DNA of 64,000 bases from Nitrospirota bacterium (GTDB taxonomy: Bacteria > Nitrospirota > Thermodesulfovibrionia > Thermodesulfovibrionales > Dissulfurispiraceae): assembly GCA_963790025.1 (NCBI GenBank), contig CAWBMP010000004.1, positions 1,248,001 to 1,312,000 on the forward strand, in the 5' to 3' direction. A program made the position numbers and the translations under genes. Each line of letters begins with the position of its first letter. Position 1 is the first letter of the stretch. The notes beneath the pieces are model-generated. The model saw only the letters and a list, made by a program, of their open reading frames with translations. It searched no databases and was not told where the DNA came from. This document shows positions 39,646-49,030 of this stretch, one piece after another.

Positions 39646-40752
39646 TCAAACGGACTCATTTCTTAAAAAGGAATACAGTTCTTCACCCAAAACTTTATAG
39701 TCCCTTTTTTCTTTTATGATACCCCTGCCTTTATTTCCCATTTCAATGAGCCTTTCCTTCGGCGTTTTCAGGATTGTGCGCACCGCTGTCTGAATATCTT
39801 CCCTTGTAAAGTTACAAAAAAAAGCGCTTTCTTTATCGAAAAGCGATATATATTCGGGCAAATAATTGATCAAAGCCGGAAGACCGACGCTGTAATATTC
39901 CAGCGTCTTTGTCGGAGAGGAAACCCGGTAAAGGCTGTTTTCAGGAATAAGGCCGATGCCAATATCATACTGCTGCATCTTTTTCAGGAGTTCTCCTCGT
40001 GGAACAGCAGGGTGGATTGTAATTTTCGGGTCCCCGCAATTTCGAATGCGTTTTGTCACTGCATTATCGCTCCGCGTAAATATATCTAATGCAAAATCCT
40101 CCTCCATTCCGGCAAAGGCACCTACTATCAGTTCCGTTTCGCGCAGATGGTCTACTGTTCCTGTATAGATAAATTTCCTGACCTTGTTGACTTCAAATGT
40201 ATAAGAAGGCGCGGCATCAAAAGAGACACCCATCGGGAGGGACAGATGTTTGATGTCCAGGTCAGAATAAAATTGGTCCTTAAATTCTTGTGACATGGTG
40301 ATAAGGAAATCGCATTTGCCCATGAGTTTCTTTTCAAAATAGGTCCTGAGTTTATATTCTATGGCCTTCCTGACTACTGCGCGCCCTTCTTTTTGTGCTT
40401 CAAACAGCCTTCTGTACGAGTGAGGAAAGGAGTGCCAGAAACCGACACGATAATTAAAGTTTCTTTTGTTCCTGAGCACATCTTTCAGCACGGGAAAAAG
40501 GTTTCTGACAATCACAGTGTCTGTTTGGTCCAACGCGATCAAACCGTTTAGCACTTTGGTCGGAGCATTCCTCTTATAGCGATAAGGGATATATATTTTG
40601 TTACCTTCGCGCCTGCAGGAAGCCGTCCGTGTAAAAAAAACTATGGAAACCTCGCACAACTCCTGAAGGCGCTTTCCAAAGATACCTTCAATGGAAGAGT
40701 GGTCGGAACCCTCAAATTGATCTGTTATGCATAAAATCTTCATAACACTCAT
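39646..40752 (-). CDS. GT-B glycosyltransferase
   Basis: IYTGT..R, SSPTKTLEYYSVGLP. Confidence 0.8.
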   Translation of the reverse strand: MSVMKILCITDQFEGSDHSSIEGIFGKRLQELCEVSIVFFTRTASCRREGNKIYIPYRYKRNAPTKVLNGLIALDQTDTVIVRNLFPVLKDVLRNKRNFNYRVGFWHSFPHSYRRLFEAQKEGRAVVRKAIEYKLRTYFEKKLMGKCDFLITMSQEFKDQFYSDLDIKHLSLPMGVSFDAAPSYTFEVNKVRKFIYTGTVDHLRETELIVGAFAGMEEDFALDIFTRSDNAVTKRIRNCGDPKITIHPAVPRGELLKKMQQYDIGIGLIPENSLYRVSSPTKTLEYYSVGLPALINYLPEYISLFDKESAFFCNFTREDIQTAVRTILKTPKERLIEMGNKGRGIIKEKRDYKVLGEELYSFLRNESV

Positions 40753-41815
40753 AGACCTCTTCGACCGATATCAGCCTCATGACCCTGTCGTCTCTCTTTT
40801 TTTTGGGTAAAGCCCCAATGTATTCCCCGCTCTTTTGAATAACAGTATGCAAATGCAAATCCTGATAAGGACCGGTAACTGCAAGATTAGTTGCCGAAAA
40901 AAGAGAAAGCGTCGGGGTCCGCAGGGCGACTGCAAGATGCATGGTCCCGGTATCTCCTGTAATAAGCAACCTTAATCGCTTTATCAAGTACGGCAACTCA
41001 CTTACAGTGAACAGCCCGCAACTGTTGATAATTCGTCCACTGCCGCATGCCTCAACAATCCGTTCTCCCAAAGAACGCTCCCGTGAAATGCCTGTAATAA
41101 CAATTTTGGAAGACTGGTTTGTTTCCAGGATTTTTCGGGCCAACTTTATGAAATTATCGATGGGCCACATTTTATAGACATTTGCAGCTCCGACCTGAAA
41201 TCCGATATAATCACCTCCAGCCGGAAGGAATTTATCCATTTTTTTCTCATTTTCGGCGTCTCTAATTGAAGGAATTTCCAAAGTAGTCTCGATGGCCTGC
41301 CCACCGATGACCCTTACAATATCCAGTCTGTCTTCAATGGTGTGCTGTTTTTTTTGTTCAAAAACCATCGACAGATACTCCCCGTGAGGATTTTTTGTTG
41401 GGTGCTTTAAGATGAAATTGGCCCCGCTCAGGACCGAGAAAGCGATATCCTGGGGACCATTGCCGTGAAATATAAGAACAGCCTCGGGTCTTTTATTTCT
41501 TATCGCCCGAAGAGTATCAAGGAATTTCTTATAACCGCCGTAATATAGAATGATGTCATCGACGTAAGGGTAGCCCCGAAACATGGGAGCAATATTTTTG
41601 TGAAGGAATAAAGTAATATTTGCTTGCGGAAATGATTTCCGGAGGCTTTTAATGGCAGGCGTTGAAAGGATAGTGTCTCCCAATGCAGTAGATGAGATTA
41701 CCAGGAAACGCTTTGGCGCGTTATTTATCTCGCCAATCTTCTTCAACTGGGTTGGATGTTTATCAACATATCGTTTTAGATAAATATCCAGTAATCTATG
41801 GAAATATCTGTCCAT
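40712..41815 (-). CDS. Glycosyltransferase family 9
   Basis: TALGDTILSTP, KMWP, TGDTGTMHLA. Confidence 0.88.
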   Translation of the reverse strand: MDRYFHRLLDIYLKRYVDKHPTQLKKIGEINNAPKRFLVISSTALGDTILSTPAIKSLRKSFPQANITLFLHKNIAPMFRGYPYVDDIILYYGGYKKFLDTLRAIRNKRPEAVLIFHGNGPQDIAFSVLSGANFILKHPTKNPHGEYLSMVFEQKKQHTIEDRLDIVRVIGGQAIETTLEIPSIRDAENEKKMDKFLPAGGDYIGFQVGAANVYKMWPIDNFIKLARKILETNQSSKIVITGISRERSLGERIVEACGSGRIINSCGLFTVSELPYLIKRLRLLITGDTGTMHLAVALRTPTLSLFSATNLAVTGPYQDLHLHTVIQKSGEYIGALPKKKRDDRVMRLISVEEVYECYEDFMHNRSI

Positions 41816-41826
41816 CGGAATAGCTG

Positions 41827-42810
41827 TCAGAACTGCCCTTTCGATTCGCTGATATGCTTCTCCACGACTCTCTTCAGAGAGGAGAAATATTCATCCCGGT
41901 GAAGGTAGCCCTTAAAATGTGCTATATATGTGTCCCCCTCCCCGGTCTCAAAAGTAAGATCATCGTGCATGTAGAAATTGTTATAGGGTTCGCAAGGTAA
42001 AAGTTTGATGCTGATGGGGCCGGGACCACTTCCTATTCTGATGTCCCTTTCATACTCTTCAATTGCATGCTCATCCGCATCAAGCACTAACTGCGCCAGG
42101 GCAGTCTGGTCCATAGCAAAATCCCTGGTATTTAATATTTCTTCCACCCATAAATTAACAAATTTTCTGGAGCGCTCATTATTTTTGAAATATATAACTC
42201 CGGCATTTATCACTTTGAACGGGACCGGTCTGTCGGAGTGGATTCCCGGAACGTAGTCAATCACGATATCGTTTAATCGTCGCATCGTAAGTGCAACATC
42301 GAAGTCTTTCTCGAAAACTGCAGCGACACTGCGCCAGACTATGGCGTCCGCGTCTATAAAAACAACATTATTGCCGGTCCTCTCAAGACAGTCCCGGCAA
42401 ATAACGGTCCGCTGTGAGCATAGATTCATAAAATATTTTTTCTTCCGCACCTGTTTATCTTTGTCCAGCTCTCCCCAGGCTTCTTTTCTTATGCCCAACA
42501 ATTTGGAGCGCATCACCCGTGAGAGATGTTTGAGACGATCGGAAATGGTGTAGTTATGATTAAAATCCGAAAAACCCAAAGAATCCACCCATGTGTTCTT
42601 CAGCCACTTCGATCGGGGCCAATGAATCCAATCGCTGTTTTCATATAGCTTTGACATCCCCTGAAGTTCAGCAGATGGTTCAGGAGTCAGATCATATAAA
42701 AACACCTTAGCCCTGGGATGAAAATGTGCAAGGGTTGAAAGTCCCAGCGACAGGAATTTGGCATAAGCCTGGTCCAATACGATGAGAAAATCAGGTCCAT
42801 TTTGTGTCAT
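41827..42810 (-). CDS. Nucleotide-diphospho-sugar transferase (GT-A)
   Basis: FIDADA (DxD), INAGVIYF, DQTAL, LPC..YN, HFKG. Confidence 0.75.
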   Translation of the reverse strand: MTQNGPDFLIVLDQAYAKFLSLGLSTLAHFHPRAKVFLYDLTPEPSAELQGMSKLYENSDWIHWPRSKWLKNTWVDSLGFSDFNHNYTISDRLKHLSRVMRSKLLGIRKEAWGELDKDKQVRKKKYFMNLCSQRTVICRDCLERTGNNVVFIDADAIVWRSVAAVFEKDFDVALTMRRLNDIVIDYVPGIHSDRPVPFKVINAGVIYFKNNERSRKFVNLWVEEILNTRDFAMDQTALAQLVLDADEHAIEEYERDIRIGSGPGPISIKLLPCEPYNNFYMHDDLTFETGEGDTYIAHFKGYLHRDEYFSSLKRVVEKHISESKGQF

Positions 42811-43589
42811 TTTTTCTTTATTTTAAGGTAACACGCTGATAGGAATGAATTGGTATATATTAACATTCTTTTTTTAAACCATGCTGTGCTATTCTTGACC
42901 ACTATTCGTTTTATAGCAAAAGGATCGGAGCCTGTTTTCACAACGCCCGGATTGGTGGTAAAGATACCTTTATAACCGGCGCTTTTGGCCGCTTTTAATG
43001 CGGCATCATTATAATCCCCGTAGGGCCAACAGAGATAGGGACATGGCCTTCCCAGGCGACTTTCGAGGGTTTGCTTCGGCTCATCCAGCTCATGGAAGAG
43101 TTCATGCCTGTTAAGGACGGTGCAGCGTGGGTGGCTCTTGGTGTGTGCATAGAACTCGACAATCCCGCTGTCCTGCATCTCTTTTATGTGTTCCCAGCCG
43201 AGCATTACTTCACCTGCGTGTCCGTTTTTTATCAGTGCCTTTGACTCCTTGTGTGTGGGTACTGCAGGCGGCAGCGGCTCCTCGGTGGCGATATTGCCGA
43301 CCCAGGCGGTAACGATAAAAATGCACGCGTTGATATTGTAGCGTTTCAATACCGGAAAGGCATAAATATAATTATCGAGCCAGCCGTCATCGAAGGTGAC
43401 GACGACCGATTTCTCTTTTACGGCTATATTTCCTGAAATATATGAAGTCAGTTCATCGAGGGTCAGGGTCCTATAGCCAGCTTTGTGGAGATAGAGCATT
43501 TGCCCACCAAAAACCTCAGGCGTAATTGTGACCATGTCACCCTTATGTGGGTTTACGTGGTGATACATCAACACGGGAACCGGCCTCAC
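42807..43589 (-). CDS. Polysaccharide deacetylase
   Basis: PVLMYHHV, TFDDGW, HTKSH, WPYG; GTG start overlaps the upstream TGA. Confidence 0.9.
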   Translation of the reverse strand: MRPVPVLMYHHVNPHKGDMVTITPEVFGGQMLYLHKAGYRTLTLDELTSYISGNIAVKEKSVVVTFDDGWLDNYIYAFPVLKRYNINACIFIVTAWVGNIATEEPLPPAVPTHKESKALIKNGHAGEVMLGWEHIKEMQDSGIVEFYAHTKSHPRCTVLNRHELFHELDEPKQTLESRLGRPCPYLCWPYGDYNDAALKAAKSAGYKGIFTTNPGVVKTGSDPFAIKRIVVKNSTAWFKKRMLIYTNSFLSACYLKIKKK

Positions 43590-44716
43590 CTGGGATCCCA
43601 AAAACGAAGTTTTTTCGGGGCAGAGCGGCCTCTCCCGTTCAACAGAGACACGTAGAGCGCATACATGCTGTCGCACATCTTTTCAGTGCTGAACTGCTGT
43701 TCAACCATCTTCCTTCCTTCCCTTCCCATGGCTGCCATTCCCTCTTTATCGCTCAACATTTTCAGCATTGCGTCTGCAAGGGCTTTGGCATTGCCGGGGT
43801 CAACGAGATAGCCGTTTATCCCGTGTTTAATGACCTCCCCGACGCCGCCGACATCAGTCCCGATAACCGGCTTCCGCATTGCCATTGCTTCGACAAAAAC
43901 CCCTCCATGCGCCTCCTGAAGAGTCGGAAGCACGAAAATATCAAATGAGTTGACAATAACCGGAATGTCCTGCCGCAAGCCGAGCATGAATACCTTGCCG
44001 GACAAACCGGCCCTCTCTATTGCATTGGAGATATTCCTGGTTTGCGGCCCGTCACCGGCAAACACAAAGACGGCATCCGGTATTTTTTCGAGCACCCTGG
44101 GTATTGCCTCGAGCAGGATTTTGTGCCCCTTCTTATTCCGCAAAATCGCTACAGTGCCGATAAGAGGCGCCTCCGGCCCGAGCCCAAGCTCCTGCCTGAG
44201 AGTCGCAGGAGTATTGTCAGGGTCAAATCTGCTCAAATCTATGCCTGTGTGAATGGTGACTATTCTTTCATTGCCGACGCCTGCGCTTATCAAATAGCGC
44301 TTAACATAATCACTGGTGGTAACTACCTTGTGAGACAATAATGAATAAGTGAATCGGGACGTTATAGGCAGCGCAATGTGGCGTGTCCTGACAATTACAG
44401 GCTTCCTTCCAGACATCCTTCCGGCTATGCCCGCAAGAAAGCTGTCTCTGCCGCTGTGGGAATTGATCACATCGATCCGCTCGCTGCTGATCACTTTCAT
44501 TATGAAGGCTATCGCAGGGAGGTCATAATGTTTTTTCATTCTGCAGATCCTGACCTCTATCCCTTCCGCTGCCGCCATCTTTCCCAGTGTACTGCCGGGT
44601 TGACAGAGTATAAACACCCTTGCGCCGATCTTTTTCAGACCGATGGACTCTTTAAGCGTCCTGTTTTCCTGACCCCCCCAGCCTTTCGACGATTCCGTAT
44701 GGAGTACAGAGATCAT
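43586..44716 (-). CDS. Glycosyltransferase family 4
   Basis: WGGQE, TGID, KKGH, EAHG..EAMAM. Confidence 0.9.
   Translation of the reverse strand: MISVLHTESSKGWGGQENRTLKESIGLKKIGARVFILCQPGSTLGKMAAAEGIEVRICRMKKHYDLPAIAFIMKVISSERIDVINSHSGRDSFLAGIAGRMSGRKPVIVRTRHIALPITSRFTYSLLSHKVVTTSDYVKRYLISAGVGNERIVTIHTGIDLSRFDPDNTPATLRQELGLGPEAPLIGTVAILRNKKGHKILLEAIPRVLEKIPDAVFVFAGDGPQTRNISNAIERAGLSGKVFMLGLRQDIPVIVNSFDIFVLPTLQEAHGGVFVEAMAMRKPVIGTDVGGVGEVIKHGINGYLVDPGNAKALADAMLKMLSDKEGMAAMGREGRKMVEQQFSTEKMCDSMYALYVSLLNGRGRSAPKKLRFWDPR
43592..43621. repeat. ~30-bp CCCAAAAA..TTTTTGGGG hairpin, copy 1
   Basis: GGGATCCCAAAAACGAAGTTTTTTCGGGGC, similar to copies at 48959 and 51652. Confidence 0.55.
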
Positions 44717-45438
44717 TTTTCCGCTACTATCTTAAGATGTGCCCTATTGTAGAAACATGACGAAAATCTTAAGTTAAATCCGGTTTTTTTCAATAGTAAC
44801 TTGAATGTTTCAGGCGAAAAATACCATAAGTGACCCGGAGGTCCGAAATATTTCCATTTTGCACCAGCCAGCCTTGCTTTTATATGAGATACACAAGGGA
44901 CCACTATAACAGTTACTCCACCGGGTTTTAAAATCCGTTTTATTTCCTTCATAGTGCTGATAGGGTCATGTAAATGTTCCAAAACATGCAAAGCAACAAC
45001 TACATCGAAACTTGCATCTTCAAATCTATGGTCCTCAAGAGTTCCCTGTGAAACATTTAATCCTGATGCTTTTGCATAATCCAGATGTCTGGAAGATAAA
45101 TCTATACCCATGGCATCCCACTTTTTGCTTCTTAAAGCCGCCAACATCAAATCGCCCTGTGAGCAGCCAATTTCCAGCAAACGGCCGGGCTTTGAAAATT
45201 TTTCGATCCATTTGAGCAACAACCTGTATCGCAAACGCCTTCCCATCCCGCCTGCGGGAACAAAGGGTTCACCTTCATTTACATAAGCGTTTTTCTTTGA
45301 ATATTTAGTAATTATTTCATCAAGAGGCGGCAGAGGGACAGTATATACAAAGCCGCATTCATTACATTTAACAATACTATAGATGCCTTTTTGACATACA
45401 AATTCATATCCATCAGAATTGCATAAAATACATTTCAT
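44713..45438 (-). CDS. Class I SAM-dependent methyltransferase with N-terminal Zn ribbon
   Basis: CxxC..CxxC, LLEIGCSQG, HVLEH, LKPGG, HLWYFS. Confidence 0.88.
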   Translation of the reverse strand: MKCILCNSDGYEFVCQKGIYSIVKCNECGFVYTVPLPPLDEIITKYSKKNAYVNEGEPFVPAGGMGRRLRYRLLLKWIEKFSKPGRLLEIGCSQGDLMLAALRSKKWDAMGIDLSSRHLDYAKASGLNVSQGTLEDHRFEDASFDVVVALHVLEHLHDPISTMKEIKRILKPGGVTVIVVPCVSHIKARLAGAKWKYFGPPGHLWYFSPETFKLLLKKTGFNLRFSSCFYNRAHLKIVAEK

Positions 45439-45566
45439 GTTTTGTCCTATTGAAAAAAATTAACCACAGAGAACACAGAGAAAACCTTTTGTACCATCGA
45501 GTTGTCGAAAATTTGATTCCACTCTCCCCTGCGCCCTCTCTAACTATTAGTCTTTTTTCCTTTCTT

Positions 45567-46724
45567 TTATAAATTATTCTTTTTTTCTCTGTGTTCTCTG
45601 TCGTGAATCACCTTTCTAATGACATCTAAAACTTCTTCGGGTTTTATATCATCAAGACATTTACTTATTTTACTTCCATTGCACCCGTCATTGCCACAGG
45701 GAATGCAGTCCCAGGTCCTTTGAATTACCGTATGGATGCCAAACGTCTGAACGCCGCTTCTTTTTTGATAAGCCTTGCTTTCATTTGATTCAATGCTTTT
45801 CGAGTTCTCCCACGGGCCCCAATGAAAAGCGCCGCTCGGGCCGAACAGTGCAACAACAGGCGTGTTGACGGCAGCGGCAATATGCATGGGTGCAGTGTCA
45901 ACACCAAAGAACAGACCGCATATCCTTGAAATCGAGCCCAGCTGTTTTATTGTAGTCCTGGCACTTAAATCTATGACCCTCGGAGAATAACCAACGAGTG
46001 ACAGGATTTTCTTTGTTTTTTCAACCTCTCTTCTGTCGGCAGATGATGTAACGATTACAGCAAAGCCGTTACCAATCAGCCATCTTATAATTTCCGCCAT
46101 ATATTCATCTTTCCAGCACTTGAAAAGCCAGCGTGAAGTTGGATGAATATGCACAATATCAGCAGTTTCAGCTATATCGTGTTCCTTAAGAATTTTTTTT
46201 ATAAATGCCTTATCTTCATTCGAATCATAAAAATCCACCGAGAAATCGTTTGTAACTATTCCAACTTGCTGCACGACGGCAAGGTTCTGCAAGACCATAT
46301 GTTTACCGGCATCGGGCAACGACAGATATGTGTAACAAAACCTCTTGCCAATAAAGCCTTTTTTAAATTTCCACCCTAACCTGTATCTGGCCCCTGTGAT
46401 ACAGGAGATAATGGCCGCCCTATCCCCGCCTGTGAGGTCAACAGTCAAATCAAAGCCCTTTTTCCGCAGTATTTTCAAAAAGGAATATTCCTTGATATAT
46501 TTCCGTATTACAGGCATTTCCTTTGTTTTCCTGTCAAAAACTATAATGTCATCAATAAGAGGGTTCCCGGTCAACACCTCTTCCGTACCTGAATTAACAA
46601 GGGCCGAAATGCCGGCGTTTGGAAACTTCCCACGTAATGCCCTAAAAACAGGAACTGTAAGAAGGACATCTCCGATGTTGCGGAGCTTTATGACGAGAAT
46701 TTTATTTATGTTATGAAATTCCAT
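45567..46724 (-). CDS. rfaQ: LPS heptosyltransferase III-like (GT9)
   Basis: KLRNIGDVLL, HPTSRWLFKCW, GVDTAPMHIA, LFGPS..WGPW. Confidence 0.75.
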   Translation of the reverse strand: MEFHNINKILVIKLRNIGDVLLTVPVFRALRGKFPNAGISALVNSGTEEVLTGNPLIDDIIVFDRKTKEMPVIRKYIKEYSFLKILRKKGFDLTVDLTGGDRAAIISCITGARYRLGWKFKKGFIGKRFCYTYLSLPDAGKHMVLQNLAVVQQVGIVTNDFSVDFYDSNEDKAFIKKILKEHDIAETADIVHIHPTSRWLFKCWKDEYMAEIIRWLIGNGFAVIVTSSADRREVEKTKKILSLVGYSPRVIDLSARTTIKQLGSISRICGLFFGVDTAPMHIAAAVNTPVVALFGPSGAFHWGPWENSKSIESNESKAYQKRSGVQTFGIHTVIQRTWDCIPCGNDGCNGSKISKCLDDIKPEEVLDVIRKVIHDREHREKKNNL

Positions 46725-47859
46725 GGCGCTTGTCAGGATGATTTTTTAGACTGATGACGCGGTCAATCGTCTCGGCAAAGGCTTGTGCAGTACTTTCAAT
46801 GGAAAATTCCCCGGCTTTTCTCCTTGCGGCCTCACTCATAAGATGTGCGCCGTTCAGCGCATCAGTGATACGTGCCGACAGTTCCCGCGCATCGAGCATA
46901 TCGTTCAATATAAAACCCTCCTTCCCATTCTCTATAAGCTCTCCTGCCCCGTTGTTCCTGGTTGTGATGACCGGGATACCGGAAGCCATCGCCTCGAGGG
47001 TGGCATTACTGAAAGGATCATAAATCGTAGGGAGGACAAAAAGGTCTGCTGCGGCATAATATTTTTCAATATCTCTTTGCGGCCCAATAAAATAAACTCT
47101 GTCCGCAATGCCCAGTCGCGAAGCCAGTGCTTTAAATTGATGGGCAGGACCCTTGCCGATAACTACTGCATGTACCTCCCCGCTTTTCAGGCGCGGGACA
47201 GCTTCCAGCAGCACCTGCAGCCCTTTTCTCCTGAAGCCGGAGCCGACGAACAGCAGGAGCTTGGCATCGCGCCTAAGTCCAAGATTATCCTTGATTTGGT
47301 TGCGCCATTTATCTTTATTGTCCGGCGTAAACCGGGCCAGATCAACCCCGTTGTAAAGCAAATGGATTTTTTCTTCGGGTACGGCGTAATGTTTTATGAT
47401 GTTTGCTTTTACCATATTGGAATTGGCAATTATACAGGGAGTATCTGAGAACAACCTTTTTTCTATGTTGAGAAGCGATAAGTGAAGGGGGTTTATTTTA
47501 AAGGATATCCCCTTGTAAAAAGGTTCCGTCTCCGATCGTATTGCAAGCATTTCCGCATGGCAGCCTTCTCCAGCCCTGTAGATATCCTGGCATACGGTCC
47601 TCTCAAAACTTATAGTGCACTGGGGTGTATTTTTTTTGATCGCCTTGCAGACATTTCTGTTAAATGTAGTTACTGAGAGGAAAGAGTTTATCCGCGAACT
47701 GGGTATATAGCTGAAGCGGACCCCGTCTGCGGCTTCCCAGTGTGTCGAGAGAATGGTGATCTCGTAATTGCGCTTTAACTGATTGACCAGCGTTTTCATA
47801 TAGTTTTCCGCCCCGCCGTGAAGGGAAAAGCGTTTCTTTATAAAAAAAAGTTTTTTCAT
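46711..47859 (-). CDS. RfaG/WaaG-like glycosyltransferase family 4
   Basis: GGAE, DIYRAGEGCH, VGSGFRRKG, YDPFSNATLEAMASG. Confidence 0.85.
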   Translation of the reverse strand: MKKLFFIKKRFSLHGGAENYMKTLVNQLKRNYEITILSTHWEAADGVRFSYIPSSRINSFLSVTTFNRNVCKAIKKNTPQCTISFERTVCQDIYRAGEGCHAEMLAIRSETEPFYKGISFKINPLHLSLLNIEKRLFSDTPCIIANSNMVKANIIKHYAVPEEKIHLLYNGVDLARFTPDNKDKWRNQIKDNLGLRRDAKLLLFVGSGFRRKGLQVLLEAVPRLKSGEVHAVVIGKGPAHQFKALASRLGIADRVYFIGPQRDIEKYYAAADLFVLPTIYDPFSNATLEAMASGIPVITTRNNGAGELIENGKEGFILNDMLDARELSARITDALNGAHLMSEAARRKAGEFSIESTAQAFAETIDRVISLKNHPDKRHGIS

Positions 47860-48881
47860 GCGTACGGAAAGGCATTAATACAGTCATTGACTGCCTTAAA
47901 TACATCGTCAACAGGAATTTCGTTCACCTCATTTTCCGCAGTAAGAACAATATTCTCAGTTTTCCACGGATACCAACTTAATGACTTCTTCTTCGTCATA
48001 AGGGCAACCGTAACTTTATGCAGTGCAGCGGCCATGTGGAGTGATCCTGTATCGAGGGTAATCACTATGTCGGAAAGGGCCAAGGCAGCAATTAATGACT
48101 TCAATGACGGAGTCGGATAAGCCATAATACGACCTTCAAAATGCCTGATTATACGTTCCGCTGACTCATTATCTCCTGGAAAGGTAGGATTGTTTTCAGA
48201 ACCGGGGGCCCATAAAAGCAAAACATGTGCCGTATCCTGAAGGAGTATTTTATCAATGAGTGTTATATAGTTGGCCGTTGACCATTTGTTCGCCTTGATT
48301 CTCGCACTGATCGCTACTGCCAAAAGAGGCTTATCAGTACCTATTCCCGCAGTTTTTTTATAAATCCCGACCCTTTTGAACTCCCCTTCATCGGGGACCA
48401 GGACCAAGTTTCCAGGCTGGCCGGAGATACCTAAAGCGCTGAGAAGGTTAAACACTTTTCCGACTTCATGTTCATTGCCGGCTAAAGGTACCACCACTTT
48501 ATTGTAAAAAAAATTCAGCGCGTCTTTTTTGCCGTAACCTATCCTCAGTTTTGCCCCGGTAAAAAAAGTATATTTTGCCGAAGTAGGGGAATAATATGAA
48601 CCGCAGGCTATCGCCATATCATATCTTTCCTTTCTTAGGCTCCGGAGCACTTTGAGATTATCCAGCCAGACAGACAATTTGGTTTTATGCGGCGCGTGTT
48701 TGGCTTTCTCGTATATATATATTTTATCTATGTCCGGATTACCCGCAACCACTTCGGCATTATAAGAATTTACCAATATGCCGATTTTAGCGTCAGGATA
48801 TCTTTCTCTTACAGAATGGATTGCGGGCGTCGTGCAGATCAGGTCACCAATGTTATCACGGCGGATAAAGAGTATTTTTAT
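47856..48881 (-). CDS. Glycosyltransferase family 9 (apparent ATA start)
   Basis: Frame extends 35 codons upstream of the ORF-track start to (I/M)KILFIRRDNIGDLICTTP; DTGSLHMA. Confidence 0.85.
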   Translation of the reverse strand: MKILFIRRDNIGDLICTTPAIHSVRERYPDAKIGILVNSYNAEVVAGNPDIDKIYIYEKAKHAPHKTKLSVWLDNLKVLRSLRKERYDMAIACGSYYSPTSAKYTFFTGAKLRIGYGKKDALNFFYNKVVVPLAGNEHEVGKVFNLLSALGISGQPGNLVLVPDEGEFKRVGIYKKTAGIGTDKPLLAVAISARIKANKWSTANYITLIDKILLQDTAHVLLLWAPGSENNPTFPGDNESAERIIRHFEGRIMAYPTPSLKSLIAALALSDIVITLDTGSLHMAAALHKVTVALMTKKKSLSWYPWKTENIVLTAENEVNEIPVDDVFKAVNDCINAFPYA

Positions 48882-48958
48882 TGCACACCTCTGAATGATT
48901 TTATTTTTTACCCTTTTTTATTATATCATTAAGCTTATTGCAATCTCCCCTACTGGTA

Positions 48959-48990
48959 CCCCAAAAAGTCTTCGACTTTTCAGGGACCCC
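48959..48990. repeat. ~30-bp hairpin, copy 2
   Basis: CCCCAAAAAGTCTTCGACTTTTCAGGGACCCC. Confidence 0.65.
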
Positions 48991-49030
48991 GCTTAAAAGA
49001 GGGGAACCCAAGGGAAAATATGGAGAGTAA

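Noticed and set aside
43590..43676. N-terminal extension of the deacetylase in the ORF track
   Set aside because: It overlaps the upstream GT4 gene; the GTGA start/stop overlap at 43586-43589 fits better
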